Shown here in pieces: positions 37,638 to 50,602 of a stretch of 64,000 nt of DNA. The stretch is from Octopus vulgaris (taxonomy: Eukaryota), in assembly GCA_951406725.2 (NCBI GenBank), contig OX597840.1, positions 14,074,001-14,138,000 on the forward strand. The letters are read 5' to 3'. The notes below the pieces were generated by a model that saw only the letters and a list, made by a program, of their open reading frames with translations, made no database searches and was not told where the DNA came from. The number at the start of each line of letters is the position of its first letter. The first letter of the stretch is position 1. The position numbers were made by a program, and so were the translations under genes.

Positions 37638-39064
37638 AACGATATTTCTGCTTCAGCAACTCAGCACTGAAATGTAATGGAAGTTGTCATTTCTTCTGAT
37701 TTTTAGTTAAAAGCAAATAAGCAATAACACTTGACAAAAAGAAACAAAAATGAAAAAAGTGAAAATTTTGTTAAACGATGCAATAATTGTCACAAGAGAC
37801 GTGCCATCATGTGACAAAGCGGGTTGATTTGAAGGGCGTTTTTTTTTTTGTTTTTAGATGGGCAACCAATGAGACTGGACATGCGGTGAGGGTGCGGTGA
37901 GCATCCCAGCATTTGGTTAACGGTTTAGGATAATGAGTTGATCTTTTTTGTTTGTCACTTTTCAATTTCTTCAATTTTTGTTCCAATTGATTTCATATTT
38001 GGTGTATTGATGTAGTTTTGTTAGGTAATCATTGACAGGAAATTCATTTTCATCATAAATCAATAAAGAGCTAATAGCTTCTAAAGTTTGCAAATTTTGG
38101 GTAATTTTAGCCAATTGAAGAACACAGACACACAGGTGCCTGTTTCCATAGTAACAAGCCAAGCTGTTAGAAAGCTGCTTTCCATGTGTTCTTTTTTGTC
38201 GCTTATTAAATACTTAAAACACAAGAGATATAAAGTGATCATCAGATGTGTTAAAAATAGCAGCTAAATAGGCCTTAAATCCCCCCCCCCATTTTATTTT
38301 CCTTTTTTGGGGGGGCATAATCGTATGAATTCCCGCGTGTAGAATACAAATTCACAAAAATTTTCTGAAAATTGTGAAAAATAAAAAAAGTTGCGAAAGG
38401 TTACATGGCGTGCGTGAAACAGAATTCGTCACCTTTTTTGTACAGACTTTTGATCCTTCACACCTTATCTTACAACAGCGGAAATAATTGACAGTTGCCA
38501 TTCCTTATCCATGCTATTCTGATGTAGACAAAACTGATGGACTCATGAGATCTCTTGAGACTCCAGTCAACCAATGTAGTGACAGCCAGTTGGAACGTCC
38601 TGTAATAGAGGAATCAGGTACAGATTAACGTTGTACTCAAGTTCTTGATGAAATACCTGTAACAAAGCGACCAAGGTGATTGGAAATATCAAACTATTTA
38701 GGCTACCAGTCATCATTACAGTTGTAGGGCGTATGCGACACATTTTTTCCTGCCTTTGAACTTCTTCCCTATAATCTTGGTAAAGAACGTTAGAGAAGTC
38801 GTTAACGTTTGTCCAAAATGCTAACTTGAATCTCCCGAGGGAAGAGGTATCTCAAGGTCGCTTTTACTTGTCGACACCAAAGAGTGTCTTGCTCTGTTAT
38901 GAAAAATTGTAACTATTTTTAGCACTGATATACTGCCAGAAATTTTGAGGGAGTGTACAATCAATAGAAAAATCCCGGTATGTTATCAATAATTATTTGA
39001 TTAATACAAGGTGGAGTATGACTTGGTAGGATTTGAACACAGAATGTGTGAAGGCGGCAATAAT

Positions 39065-39535
39065 AACAGAAGCTTGGCTCAGACTGGAAAAGGTCAGTGT
39101 TCAAAGCTGAGGTGCAAGGCTTTTTGATGGTAGCACAAGATCAAAGCTTTCCTGTCAGCATTTACTAAATACATACAATGTAGTGGAGTGTAAAACTGTA
39201 GAAGTTGTGAAAAGCCTGTGAAGAAGCAATGAATCATATTATTTCTGACAGGCTGGGCTTACGAAAAGGAGAGCAGATAAAACAGACACGACAAAGTTGG
39301 ATGCTTCAAACGCTGGAAACTATGACAGCATTATGCGATACACGGAGGAAAAAAGTCGATACAAATGCACATCACAAAAAGGTCTAAGAGCCTGACAAAG
39401 TAACTATAGAAACTCTGGGACTGTGAGATTAAGACATCGTAAGATGACTAAAAGGCGGAGGGGAGTGAGTCTTCTAATCAATTGCAACAGACGACGAAAC
39501 TGTATCTGTGAAAGAAATGGAGAACCATCTAAATA
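39065..39535 (+). mobile_element. Old R4/Dong-clade fragment (zinc knuckle + RLE region)
   Basis: AEVQGFLMVAQDQSFP, CRSCEK..MNHIIS, and DDETVSVKEMEN, which parallels 31030-31070. Confidence 0.6.
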
Positions 39536-39633
39536 GAAACACCTAAAAATAGATATATGAAAAAAAAATGTGAAGATTGAAAACAGAAAGACTCCTCATA
39601 GTAATAGCTGCCTGGAATGATAAAAATGACTTG

Positions 39634-39723
39634 TAGATAAATATATAACGAAAACCAGAGAATTGTGGATAAATATATAACGAAAACCGCAGAATTGTAG
39701 ATAAATTTATTACGAAAATCACG
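39634..39723. repeat. ~32-bp tandem repeat, 3 copies
   Basis: GATAAATATATAACGAAAACC(A/G)(G/C)AGAATTGT repeated. Confidence 0.85.
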
Positions 39724-41213
39724 TAACTTGCATATATGCAACAGAAGATAGCCGTACGAAACACTGTAAACATATTATGTCGAGTATTTCTGTATTTGCA
39801 GTTCATTTAAAGATAACATAATTAGATACTGAGCTCACTGTGAAGAGTTGTACTACTGGACTTGGACTACAAACGGGAAATAGCATTACTAGGCACTTCA
39901 CTCAATTTCACTGATATATTGTATGGAGTTATCTTAATATGATAGACACTGCGTAGGAAACCCGCAGAAAAGCGGGAAAATAAAACACAAGTAAAAGATA
40001 TAGGAAAATAATGATAATAATAATGATAACAATAAAAGAGTAAAAATTAAATTAAAAGCATAAATAACCAATTTTTTTTCCAAATTTGTTAAATATAAGT
40101 ATTTCCAGAGTTATGTGGATCTGAAAGTAATGTGTAAGCTAAAAGGAAAAAATGTGGACGAACTCTGAGTTAATTAGATTGAATAAAATCCCCGACGGGT
40201 GATGGAAGAAAGTATGTGAAGGTTTGAGTAAGAAATTAATTAGTAACTAATAGCTACTAATTATCTATGTTGTTGTGACAAGTTAGTTAATAGGAGTTAC
40301 ACAAGAGCCGTAAAATAACATAACTGTTGTATGAATAAGAGTAAAATGTCATATGTAACGCTTCCTATTTCGAAAAGAAAGGTGTTTCATTATTTGACGT
40401 GTGTATGAAGAGCCGTGGCGTGACTGAAGTTGCTGATCTTATTGGGTTATTCACCTGCATATCCCTATGAAGTGTACCTCCAATTTCTCGGATATCAACA
40501 GAAATCAACGGTCTAGCAATTTCAAGTATTACGAAACATTCACGTCTTGGATATATTTAGGAAGAACTTAACAGGAATCAAAGTTTTGGACTTAAACGTA
40601 ATTAGCAACCCCAATTTACCTGTAGTCAAATTTTGGGGCATTGCTTTAGGCATCAAAACAGGTAAGTATTATCCTCTGCAGAATGCTCAACGAAGAAACC
40701 AAGTGAATTCATCTGAATTCCAGCTGCCCCATCTATAGTTAGGACTTCAGTAGTCAGAATTAATAGAAGAATCTACAATCTGTTGTAAGAAAGTATCTCT
40801 GGAAAGTAATGATGTATTAGAAAGGATTAGCTTTTGTTAGCAGTAAATGTAGACAAAGTATCTCTTAACCACCCCAGAGCAAGTTAGAATTAAGAATAAC
40901 TTGGTTCAATCCTCCGTTTAGCATACATTTCGTTACGAGCCTAACAACAAACATTTCATCTATTATTAAACACAGTTTTCCAAGCACTCATGCATACAAC
41001 ACGCTTTTTAATGTGCTCGAGTTTGAGGTTTGTTATTTCTATTTAGACAATGTTGCTTTCAGCAAAAACAAAAAAGCGTCTATCTGTACAGCCCCTAACC
41101 TTGACATGCATTCGAATGTAGAGAATTTAATTCACTTCTCCACTGAGGGAATTCTGTCTTTCCAAAGGAACGACACAAGACTTAGCCAACGACTAAAATA
41201 GGTTTACTCATCA

Positions 41214-41370
41214 TACACGTGGTCTGATCAATAAGTATCCGGACTGTTGCTATAGTAAAGAAGCTAAAGCACGCAGAGTAAAGCCGCTTGACACAGATTG
41301 ACCTTCAACTCTGCTGTGCATGCGCACTAAGTTTTTAGCTCACTTCCGCTGTTTACAGCTGAGCTCGGAA
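41214..41370 (+). mobile_element. Possible mariner-type terminal fragment
   Basis: TA-CACGTGGTCTGATCAATAAGTATCCGGACT resembles mariner TIRs; no partner end was found. Confidence 0.35.
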
Positions 41371-42231
41371 GAATTATGGAATAAAACTCGCCTCTGAATT
41401 TCTCATAAAAAATCTCTATTTTACGTTTAAATAATATATTACTAGAATACTCAATGGAGAAATCAAAAGATCTTAAAATTATGAGATGGCGGTGTTCTTT
41501 TTTTTTTTTTTATAAAAGCAAATTCAAAAATTTCGTACATAATTTCTTTGAACTGAGATTAGCAAAAGCCTCAGAGCTCATAGCAAACTCGAACTATTTA
41601 AAATAGACTGTTTTCATCCGGTAAGAAGTGTGAGATTCTGGAAAGTTTACAACAGTTTTCAAGTTCTTTATAAAAGTATTAAACATCTTTATGTAATTTC
41701 AAAACTATCCGCGTGTCGTTCAATGAAACTACAAACGTTTATGAGTTAAGCAAAAACACATTTAACAGACTATTATAACTATTACAGACACTATGGCACC
41801 AACATATACAACTCTACAAATCAGGAAGCTAAAGTTATTGACTACACTTTTAAGATAGACAACAGAGGAGAATATTTAACCCATGCGTATTATTTAAAGA
41901 CCACAAAAATATTCGTCTTGTAATTCCACTAAATCAAAGTAAAATTAGCAGGTATAACGTATACCTATGATACTTCAAATATAAATTCTTGATATATGTC
42001 GTTTTTTTTTATGGAAGAGGCACAACAATTTTTGAATGGTCTTTAAGTATTAGCGACAAGCAATATTATAAGTTTTTGTATATGTGGTTTACAAGATTCT
42101 TTATGTGAATTTGTGTGTTGAAGCATATTTTGTTGTGTCTGAGGCGAGTCATTTTGTATTTGTTGCGCCTTATCAACTAACATACAGATTCTATTTCCAC
42201 TCAAGTTACACACACACGTGTATGTGTGTGG

Positions 42232-42493
42232 AGGCACAATGGCCCAGTGGTTAGGACAGCGGACTCACGGTCGTAGGATCGCGGTTTCGATTCCCAGACA
42301 GGGCGTTGTGAGTGTTTGAGCAAAAACATCTAAAGCTCCACGAGGCTCCGGCAGGGAGTGGTGACGATCCCTGCTGTACTCTTTCGCCGCAACTTTCTCT
42401 CTTTCTTCAGTTGACCTGCTCGTTTAGCCAGCGGGTGGCGTCATTTGAAGGCTAAAACAATGCGAAGCGCATTGTGACCAGCGATGTGTAGCA

Positions 42494-42495
<2 letters not shown>
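42232..42495 (+). mobile_element. tRNA-derived SINE, family E
   Basis: TGGCCCAGTGGTTAGG...GGTTTCGATTCCC; second copy at 52899-53070. Confidence 0.8.
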
Positions 42496-42548
<53 letters not shown>

Positions 42549-42819
42549 TGTGTTTGTACCCGCACCATCACTTGACAACCGATGTTGGTGTGTTTACGTC
42601 CTCGTAAGTTAGCGGTCGATTTGTTCGACTAAAGGTGGTGCTCCAGCATGGCCGCAGTCAAGTGACTGAAACAAGTAAAGGAGAATATGTTCTTTTTTTC
42701 CAGAAGTGATCTACCTTGCTTTCAGAATCAGTAAGGAAGGCATAGATTCCCTTCCAGAGAGAGTTGCTGCAAAGCAAGAGACTCCTGACCACCAAAGAAG
42801 AAAAAAATGCTACTAAATT

Positions 42820-43029
42820 CTTTTCTACTCTAGGCACAAGGCCCGAAATTTGGGGGAAGGGGGTCAGTCTATTAGATCGAACCAGTACGCAACTGGTACT
42901 CAATTTATCGACTCCGAAAGGATGAAAGGCAAAGTCGGCCTCGGCGGAATTTGAACAACGTAAAGACAGATGAAATAACGCTAGGCATTTCGTCCAACGT
43001 GCTAACGTTTCTGCCAACTCGCCACCTTC
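42820..43029 (-). mobile_element. SINE family A
   Basis: 16-bp TSD AAAATGCTACTAAATT (42804-42819, 43030-43045). Confidence 0.9.
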
Positions 43030-43410
43030 AAAATGCTACTAAATTAAAAGCTCACCTTGATCATTTACATAATTTATCAACGATCACTGAGTCGTTGAAT
43101 CGTTGCCTTTTACTTTTTTCAGTCATTAGACTGCGATCATGCTGGAGAGTGCATCTACCCCGGGACTTTTTAAAGTCTTGTGCTTATTCTATCGAATTAT
43201 TTTGCCGAACCGCTAAGTTATGGGGATGTAAACACACCAGCACCGGTTGTCAAGTGGTGGTGGGGAGAACACAGAATAAATATATATACACATACACACA
43301 CACATACATTTGTGTGTGTATATATAAACAAACATTTGTTTTTAGTAGAAGCATCGAAATGTGTATTGCACGATACAAATAATAAAAACAAATGTTTGTT
43401 TATAATTATA

Positions 43411-44568
43411 CGAGGGGCGTAGTAGTAGAGCAACGAAACTTGGCACAGTTATTAGTCTTTTTCTACATAGGAATCACCCAGAGTTACGCATTTCTCCCAT
43501 CATTTGATGCAGCTCTGAAGACCGTTTTTGTAGAAGACCCCAGCTTGGTCCTCCAACCACGACGTAACTTCAGAAATCAAGGCAGCATCATCTGGGAAAC
43601 ACTTTCCTTTCAAAAACAACTTCATGGCTGGGAAGAGGTGAAAATCAGAGGGTGCAAGGTCAGGAGAGTAGGGGGATGGGGGAGAAGTTCATAGCCGCAT
43701 GCCTGTGCTTCTGCTCTGGCGACACGCGAGTTATGGACCGGTGTGTTGTCCTGCAGGAGGAGGATGCCTTTGCTGATCTTGCCCTGCCTCTTGATTTTGA
43801 TAGCTTCTCTTAATTTCCTCAAAAGTGAAGCATAATAGGCTCCTGTACTCCGTCCTGGTCCCAGAAGACTGTGAGCATGACCTTGCCTTCTTTGGAGGAG
43901 GTGAGTCACAGTGCTTCCACTGCATTGACTGGGCTTTGGTCTCTGGATCATAGTGATGGACCCAGGTTTCATCCTGTGTATTCAGTCTTTTGAAAAATTT
44001 TGACTCATCTTCTTGGCACATCTCCAAATTCATCCTCGAGCTCTCGACGCGTTTTTGCTTCTGGAAAGGTGTGAGCAACCTGGGAATCCATCTGGCAGAC
44101 ACCTTTTGCATATGCAAATGGTCATGAATGATAGTTTCCACAGACCCGGTACTAATCTTGACCTCATGGGCTATTTTGTGAATAGTTATGCGTCGATCTT
44201 CCAAAATGGCAGTCTCAACTTGACGGACAGATGCCTCATCAATGGCAGAAGTGGGGCGACGTGATCTGGGAGCTGTTTCCACAGAGTTCCGACCATGTTT
44301 GAATTCACGATGCCAGCGTTTTACAAGGTCATATGATGGGGCATCATCACCATAAGTTACTTTCATTTCATCAAAAGTCTCCCGTGGTGTGCGTCCTTTC
44401 AAATACAATAACCGGATCACTGCTCGACACTCAACAGGCTCCATTTCACACTTGACTCAGTTCAAACACCTGTAAATCAGAAACCACAATTAGTTCAGAG
44501 CTGCAACATTTCAGCTAGATCAAACAACTGCAAGTGGGTCAGGGGCATTACTTATTGAACGTCCCTCG
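43411..44568 (-). mobile_element. Mariner (DD34D-type) transposon, near full length
   Basis: TA-flanked termini CGAGGGGCGT... and ...TTATTGAACGTCCCTCG; one TIR is partly deleted. Confidence 0.9.
43452..44444 (-). pseudogene. Mariner transposase pseudogene
   Basis: MEPVECRAVIRLLYLKG..., WIPRLL, TQDETWVHHYDP, LLQDNTPVH, HPP..PDLAPSDFHLF; frameshifts and deletions. Confidence 0.92.
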
Positions 44569-44614
44569 TACACATGTTGTTCAATAAGCTATTGAGCGTC
44601 TTCCTGTTTCTCTT

Positions 44615-44797
44615 GTACCTGTATTTCAAGGGGCCAGCCTTGTCACACACTGTGTCAAGCTGAATCTTCCCGAGAACTACGTTAAGGGTACGCGTGTCTG
44701 TGAAGTGCTCAGCCACTTGCACATTAATTTCACGAGCAGGCTGTTCCATTGATCGGATCAACTGGAACCCGCGTCGTCGTAACCGACGGAGTGCCAC
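44615..44797 (+). mobile_element. SINE family C, 3' part
   Basis: Reverse complement of 12866-13050. Confidence 0.8.
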
Positions 44798-44827
44798 GTA
44801 CGTATATATATATATATATATATATAA

Positions 44828-45015
44828 GTTAATCCAAACATGAAAACACAAAGAGAAAATACAACAACGTGAGGACGTGGAACAAGTATAGTATTATTGG
44901 ACGCTCAGGAAAGAAGGCGTGTTTAACGTTTCGAGCGGATTCTCTTCGTCAGAAACATAGGAAAAGGAAAGATCCAAAGAAGGGAAGACGGAGGAAAAAC
45001 AATCGCCAACGGTAT
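44828..45015 (-). mobile_element. Non-autonomous Penelope-like (pLTR-type) fragment
   Basis: Carries a minimal hammerhead and lies between TA and CA microsatellites; the family assignment is an inference. Confidence 0.5.
44920..44957 (-). ncRNA. Minimal type I hammerhead ribozyme
   Basis: Minus strand: TGTTT-CTGACGA-a-GAG-aatccg-CTC-GAAA-CG-TT-AAACA. It has the conserved core, a 5-bp stem I, a 3-bp stem II and a palindromic ACGT stem III. Confidence 0.7.
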
Positions 45016-46042
45016 ACACACACACACACACACATATATAGTGTCTCAGGAGAGACCTTATACCAATATAATTAATACATACATTTCAATTTCACTCGTT
45101 AAATATCTTGTTTTTTTTTTTTGGTTTTCAAAGCTCTTGCAACGAAAGAACTTTATAAATTATTACATATGTATATAATATAATATTTATATTGTGTGTG
45201 TGTGTGTTTGTGTGTATTCCAGCAGAGAAAAGGATATGAAATGAGCTTAGAACTGGTGTGGAGAGGGCGCGGCCATTTCGATGCACGGTTTAATGAGAAA
45301 CAAGAGTTGTGTTGCAGATTCAGCATTGTTTTGCTGCTTCCAAGGAAGTGTAAAATGGGGTTGAAGTTCGCGCAAATGTCAGAATTCATATTTTAGACTA
45401 TTTTCATGAAAAATATCCTTTCTGACAAAGAAATATTAATAGAGACGATGGGCTCTGAGCCCGACTCAATTTGAGCGGTTGAAAATTAGATAGGCTTAGA
45501 AAAGATACAATATTATAACTGAGCTGGTTCTTTAGTGTAGCTCTGTCCCTGGTATAATTACAATTTCTTGGTTCCAATGAGTCATGTATAAACAGTAGAA
45601 ATAAATACAAACGAAAAAAAAAAAACGAGTTGCAACTAACTGCTACATATTCAACCGCTGAATGAATTGGTGCAGCAAAAGTTGGCTCATCTTGAATGAT
45701 AGTGTCTGAAGAAAATATACATATTTGTTTCTCATTCAATTAGAACTTGGTGATGTGTATTGGGCAGAACAGGAAAAGAAATACGTGACATGACTTCTTG
45801 GAGTCTCTTAAAACCGCTCTGTTTATAAGCGTAATGGCCACATGTAATGGGTCAAAGCTACCATGAAATCACTCTCCTCTCTTTATCGAGATCCGAACTC
45901 AACCATGTCTACCCACCTCACTGAAGAAAAGTGAGTGCTATCTAAGCATGCAGGTAGATTCCAGCGAGCAAACATAATTTTGCCGCGCTAGGTTGGTCTG
46001 TCATGTGGTGGGATTGGATAGCCCATGTAAAACCAGGACTCA

Positions 46043-46252
46043 GAGCTGGCAGAATCGTTAGCACGCCGGGCGAAATGCGTAGCCGTATTTCGTCTGTCGT
46101 TACGTTGTGAGTTCAAATTCCACCGAGGTTGACTTTGCCTTTCATCCTTTTGGGGTCGATAAATTAAGTACCAGTTTCGCACTGGGGTCGACGTAATCGA
46201 CTTAATCCCTTTGTCTGCCCTTGTTTAGCCCCCTGTGGGTAGTAAAGAAATA
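46043..46252 (+). mobile_element. SINE family A
   Basis: Multicopy similarity; CpGs retained. Confidence 0.88.
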
Positions 46253-47309
46253 CATTACGTGGCCAGATCATACGACCACTTGTAGAAAACACTGCGTTCG
46301 GGCCAATTTCCCTATATTTAAGGCTAGGCAGCCGAATGATGAACATACTTCTGCTACAATACTTTTAAGAACTACAGTTAATGTTACAATTAGCAGAGTT
46401 TAATAGTTATATTTATTACACACCCCTTTAATCTTAGAATACAAATAAATACCACCCTAACCGAAAACCCAATGAAAATTTTTTTTATATAAATAAGAAT
46501 TCCAATCACGTGCTAATTGTTTCACGAAATTTAATTCCTGATATTGGTAAATGTACGTATTTCTTAAGATTTCTGGTGAAGCCACGTTTACGAACTCTCC
46601 ATTAAGTTAATGAGGATCTTCGCAATAATGGTTTTCAGACAGAGCACAATATATTACCCACGCTACTTTCTAAAAGTAAGAATTGACCAAGACACATTCT
46701 GTGGTATAATCTAATAATCAGCTGAAGTGCAAGAATATAATGTCCTTAACGTAAACCACTTTTCAAAAGTAGTGTAACTACTTTACGAAAATAGAGTGTG
46801 AGAACATTTCTTTTTATAAGCAAACATAAATGCATCGAGTGAGCAGATATTTGTGTCAGGAATCGTTTAAGCTCAGTGGCACAAAAGTGCTCAGCCGGAT
46901 TTTCTGGGTAAAGAATTTGATTCTGTGTAGCAGCTGCTAGTCACTTTTCCCCCATGCAAAAAATTATTTTTACAGCTATTTTCCTGCATTCTAGCTTTCC
47001 TTGATTTCTACCAACAGTAATATTTCAATTTTCATATCGGGTTAATTGAAAACAAGTTGGATTTGCGATTATACTTCATATCCATTCTTTTGAGCTTCAA
47101 AAATGTTTTTTCGTTTTAAAAAAGTTTATCCAACTACATATGGTTTCTTAATTTAGTCCATTCAAGTTCAAAGTAAAATAATTTATCTGTGGTCATTGTC
47201 GTTTAATTAAGCATACCTCCTTCCAATAGAACATACGTTTGCAAATTGTTTAATTCTGAAACTCCAACTCATTAGTGTATCATTTCTGTTGAATGCATTT
47301 GTCTTAAAA

Positions 47310-49770
47310 AAAAAGATACCCAAAAATGCAGCACCAAGCGCTTCAACTAGTCGCAAATCACAAGGTTTAACAGAACCTACTGAAGCTAACATGCTCGCAG
47401 CATTACCACGGGCGATAGCGATGCTAAGGCATTGGTAAAGCTAAGCGCCTTCATGGGCTTCGCCTGACACCTCGGTGAGGCGAGCTGCCAACGTTGACAA
47501 GCACTTCGCAGTTAGTGGCCCAGTCCCTCCAAAGGTCTCAAACGCCAAAGGTTGGAAGAGATACTTAGTTCATTGTCAGATCCGGATACTTCACAAGGTT
47601 TTTTTCCCGTTCGGCTCCAGAAACAGTGACCCTCCCATTAACTGCAGCATCCAGGATATGGGAGAGAGCAAAGGAGTCCCAAATGAGGTACATACACCTA
47701 ACTCAGTGACAGAGGGCAAGACCATTTGGTTTCTTTCCATCACTTTCCCTAACGCCTCCAGAACTGAGGGAATATTAATCTGATCCAGGGCTTGCTTAAT
47801 GATTAGGTTTAGCTCGCTGTGACGAGCGAAGCGATCAGCATTCAGGCGGCAAGACAGACTGTGAAGACCTGTGGGGTCGAGGGGCCTACCACAGCAGCAT
47901 CGCAGTCCCCTACAGATGCCATCTCCCACTCCGAGTGCAGTGGAGATGCGGAGTTAATCTAGACTGAGTAGACCTCCAATGTTGACCACAGGCAGGGCAT
48001 CAAACCAGTTCCCCGAGAATTTTGCACTAGAAAGTAAGTGACACCTCGAAAATTGATCAGATCGACCAAGGAGAGAGTTGAAAGTCGCACCTGAACGCAG
48101 ATTGTCCCATTGTTTCCGACTATCCTCAGTTGTAACAGGAACTAACAAACCCAGCTCTCTCCACTGTAACAGAGCATCATCCATCTCCCTGTTGGAATTA
48201 TTTCATGTTGGAGAGGAGAAGATGTTAGGAGAGCTTCCCAAACAAGCACCATCGAGGGACCAGACACTTAGGTCTAGGTCGGCTCCGATCTTGGTAACAT
48301 TATCAATACTTAAAGCGAATAGGGTCACCAGAGGAAGATGGGATTAGGTGATCCTGATAGGCTTGCGAAGCAAAGTGATGAAGTGGTGGGGATCCTCCAT
48401 TACTGCGCGGAGGCTGACGTCCCGACTGATGGAGTTAAAAACATTCTTAATGTCTAGTTTGAGGATGACCTCTGGGAACTCAGAGAGCAGGTTGGTGAAA
48501 GCCTTGGTGGAATGAGTAGCAGCCTCACAACCTAGCTTAGTACCTACTCCTAGCTGAATAGGGGAAATTCCTCGGACAGGCAGTTAGAAACTGAGGACAG
48601 GTACACTTTTGCTGTGAGCCGTCACAGAGTACGACCAACTGCTGTGGGGAAGGGGTCACCCTGGGACTTGAGGAGACCAAATAGTTTGGCCCCCAAAGAA
48701 CAGGGGACGAATGTCGGCAAGAGCACTCTTGGACAAGAACAAGTTTATGAACTGTGCTTGGTTCTCCAAGAGTTCGAGCCCAACACCACCAGCTGACAGA
48801 GAGATACCATCCTTGAAATGCTGAGGTCGTAGGCCATCGATCCCAGCACCAGACTCGTTTGAAAGGAGGCAATTGCCCTCCTGGCATTGTCAGGGGGTGA
48901 AGATGGGTTGTAGAAAACTTGGTAGGTCGGGCCAGTGTAGGTGATCATCTGGAGAGACCGGAGGATGTTTCTCCTTCAGTTGATTGAGGGGGTCTATGGA
49001 ACACGGGAAACAGGAGAAAAGAGAAGAAAGAAGGTGAGCAGCATCTTCAATGTCAAATTCGCTTCTTTAAGTCAGGTGATCGACCATTGTTTGGGGTTGA
49101 GCTGATGATCGATCTGAGATGAACAGTGGTTGGGGTTGATTCGAACAGCTCAAACTGCCGTTTCAGGGAAGAAGGGAGGGGTCCACTATTCCCATTCGTC
49201 ACATGGAAAGAGACCAAATGGAATAGGAACAGTTTCAGCTGATCCGAGTTGTTGGATAGGCAGACGCTTTTCAGCAGTTTCGAGAGAGCACGGGCGAAAC
49301 ATGTGCGAGTACCCTTAGGGACCCGATTGACGAGCTTGAGCCTGGAGGGCGGCGGCAAAATCTTCAACAGGGATCTGGACTTCAGAGCAGGGTTCTGTCC
49401 TACGAAGGATGTCAGAGCTGAAGTGACATCGGTTGCACGTCCAGTTAGATAGAGAAATTTTCTACTTGAACTTTCGTAATGCCGACGCAACTCCTGTGGT
49501 GACTTAGACTACACAAGTGGCATTTGATGGTCTTCAAATAGCGATTTGTACGTGTGCAGAGAACACAGCTTGGGGGGGGGGGGACTGGCAGTATCAGTGG
49601 GATCAGCATTAAAACTAAAATTCAGAAACTTGAAGGGTGAGGTGGGGGAGAATGGCGCCGGAGGTAGAGGGGGTAGCCGAGTGAACAGCATTAACTCAGG
49701 TGGTGGCACTCTGTTGGGGTGCAGAAGGCGATGCAACCAGGCTGACTGTAAGGGGAGAGGTGGAGTGAAT
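47310..49770 (-). mobile_element. CRE-clade-like RLE non-LTR retrotransposon, internally deleted and decayed
   Basis: RVPKGTRTCFARAL, GIDGLRPQHFK, PIQLGVGTKLGCEAATH, ILKLDIKNVFNSISR, CCGRPLDPTGLHSLSC...RHSELN (CCHC), LSIAIARGNAAS. Confidence 0.8.
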
Positions 49771-49777
49771 TAGGGGA

Positions 49778-50056
49778 GGTGGCAGAAACGTTAGCACGCT
49801 GGGCGAAAGGCTTAGCGGTATTTCGTCTACCGTTACGTTCTGGGTTCAAATTCCGCCGAGGTCGACTTTGCTTTTCATCCTTTCGGGGTCGGTCTGTCCT
49901 TGTTTGTCCTCTCTGTGTTTGGCCCCTTGTGGGTAGTAAAGAAATAGGTATTTCGTCTGCCGTTACGTTCTGAGTTCAAATTCCACCGAGGTCGACTTTG
50001 CCTTTCATCCTTTGGGGGTCAATTAAATAAGTACCAGTTACGCAGTGGGATCGATA
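49778..50056 (+). mobile_element. Two tandem partial SINE family A copies
   Basis: GTATTTCGTCT.CCGTTACGTTCTG.GTTCAAATTCC..CGAGGTCGAC occurs twice. Confidence 0.85.
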
Positions 50057-50602
50057 GGTTAACGTTTACAATTTGATCCGGAAACGAAAATCAGAAAAAA
50101 ATAGTGCAACGGGTGTAAGAAAAGGGGCAAGCTGTAAACATTAACCGAAACAAAATTGAAGCCAAAAACTTTAACCAAAACAAAATTGAAGCCAAAACAT
50201 TAAAAGTTATTGAAAGTGGGTAGAAATAAACACTACGTAGTGTAATCGTACTAAGCTAGGGTATCTGTAGAAAGTTGAATTTGATTTTGGAATATAACGA
50301 AGAAAAATTCGGATTTTGGGAATTTTCCGAAAGTCCTCTCCCCACCTCAAGATTTTCCCCATAAATTACTTTATAATCGTAATGTATGCCGTTTGAAAGG
50401 TATTCATATACAATTTCATAGAAAAAAACCCCATTTTCCTAAAAGTTACAAGGGAAAACTTGTGAATTTTCCGACGTCCTCTCCCCAACCTCCCGTTGCT
50501 TTGCGCGTTTTTTTTTTCTTTTTCTCATATTCGTTTCCTACATATTTTTTTTTTAAACACTCATTGCACTATTTTTTCCGGGCCAAGTTGTAAACATTAA
50601 CC
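50057..50602. mobile_element. TIR non-autonomous DNA transposon with an extra internal TIR copy ending at 50146
   Basis: GGTTAACGTTTACAATTTG.TCCGGAAA..AAAATAGTGCAACGGGTGT matches the reverse complement of 50557-50602; flanked by ATA on both sides. Confidence 0.65.

Noticed and set aside
40200-40930. Possible ancient CR1/L2 LINE remnant on the minus strand (IARPL, SCVT, FLQQIV-like words)
   Set aside because: Motifs are too short and not in a consistent order to support a call by eye.
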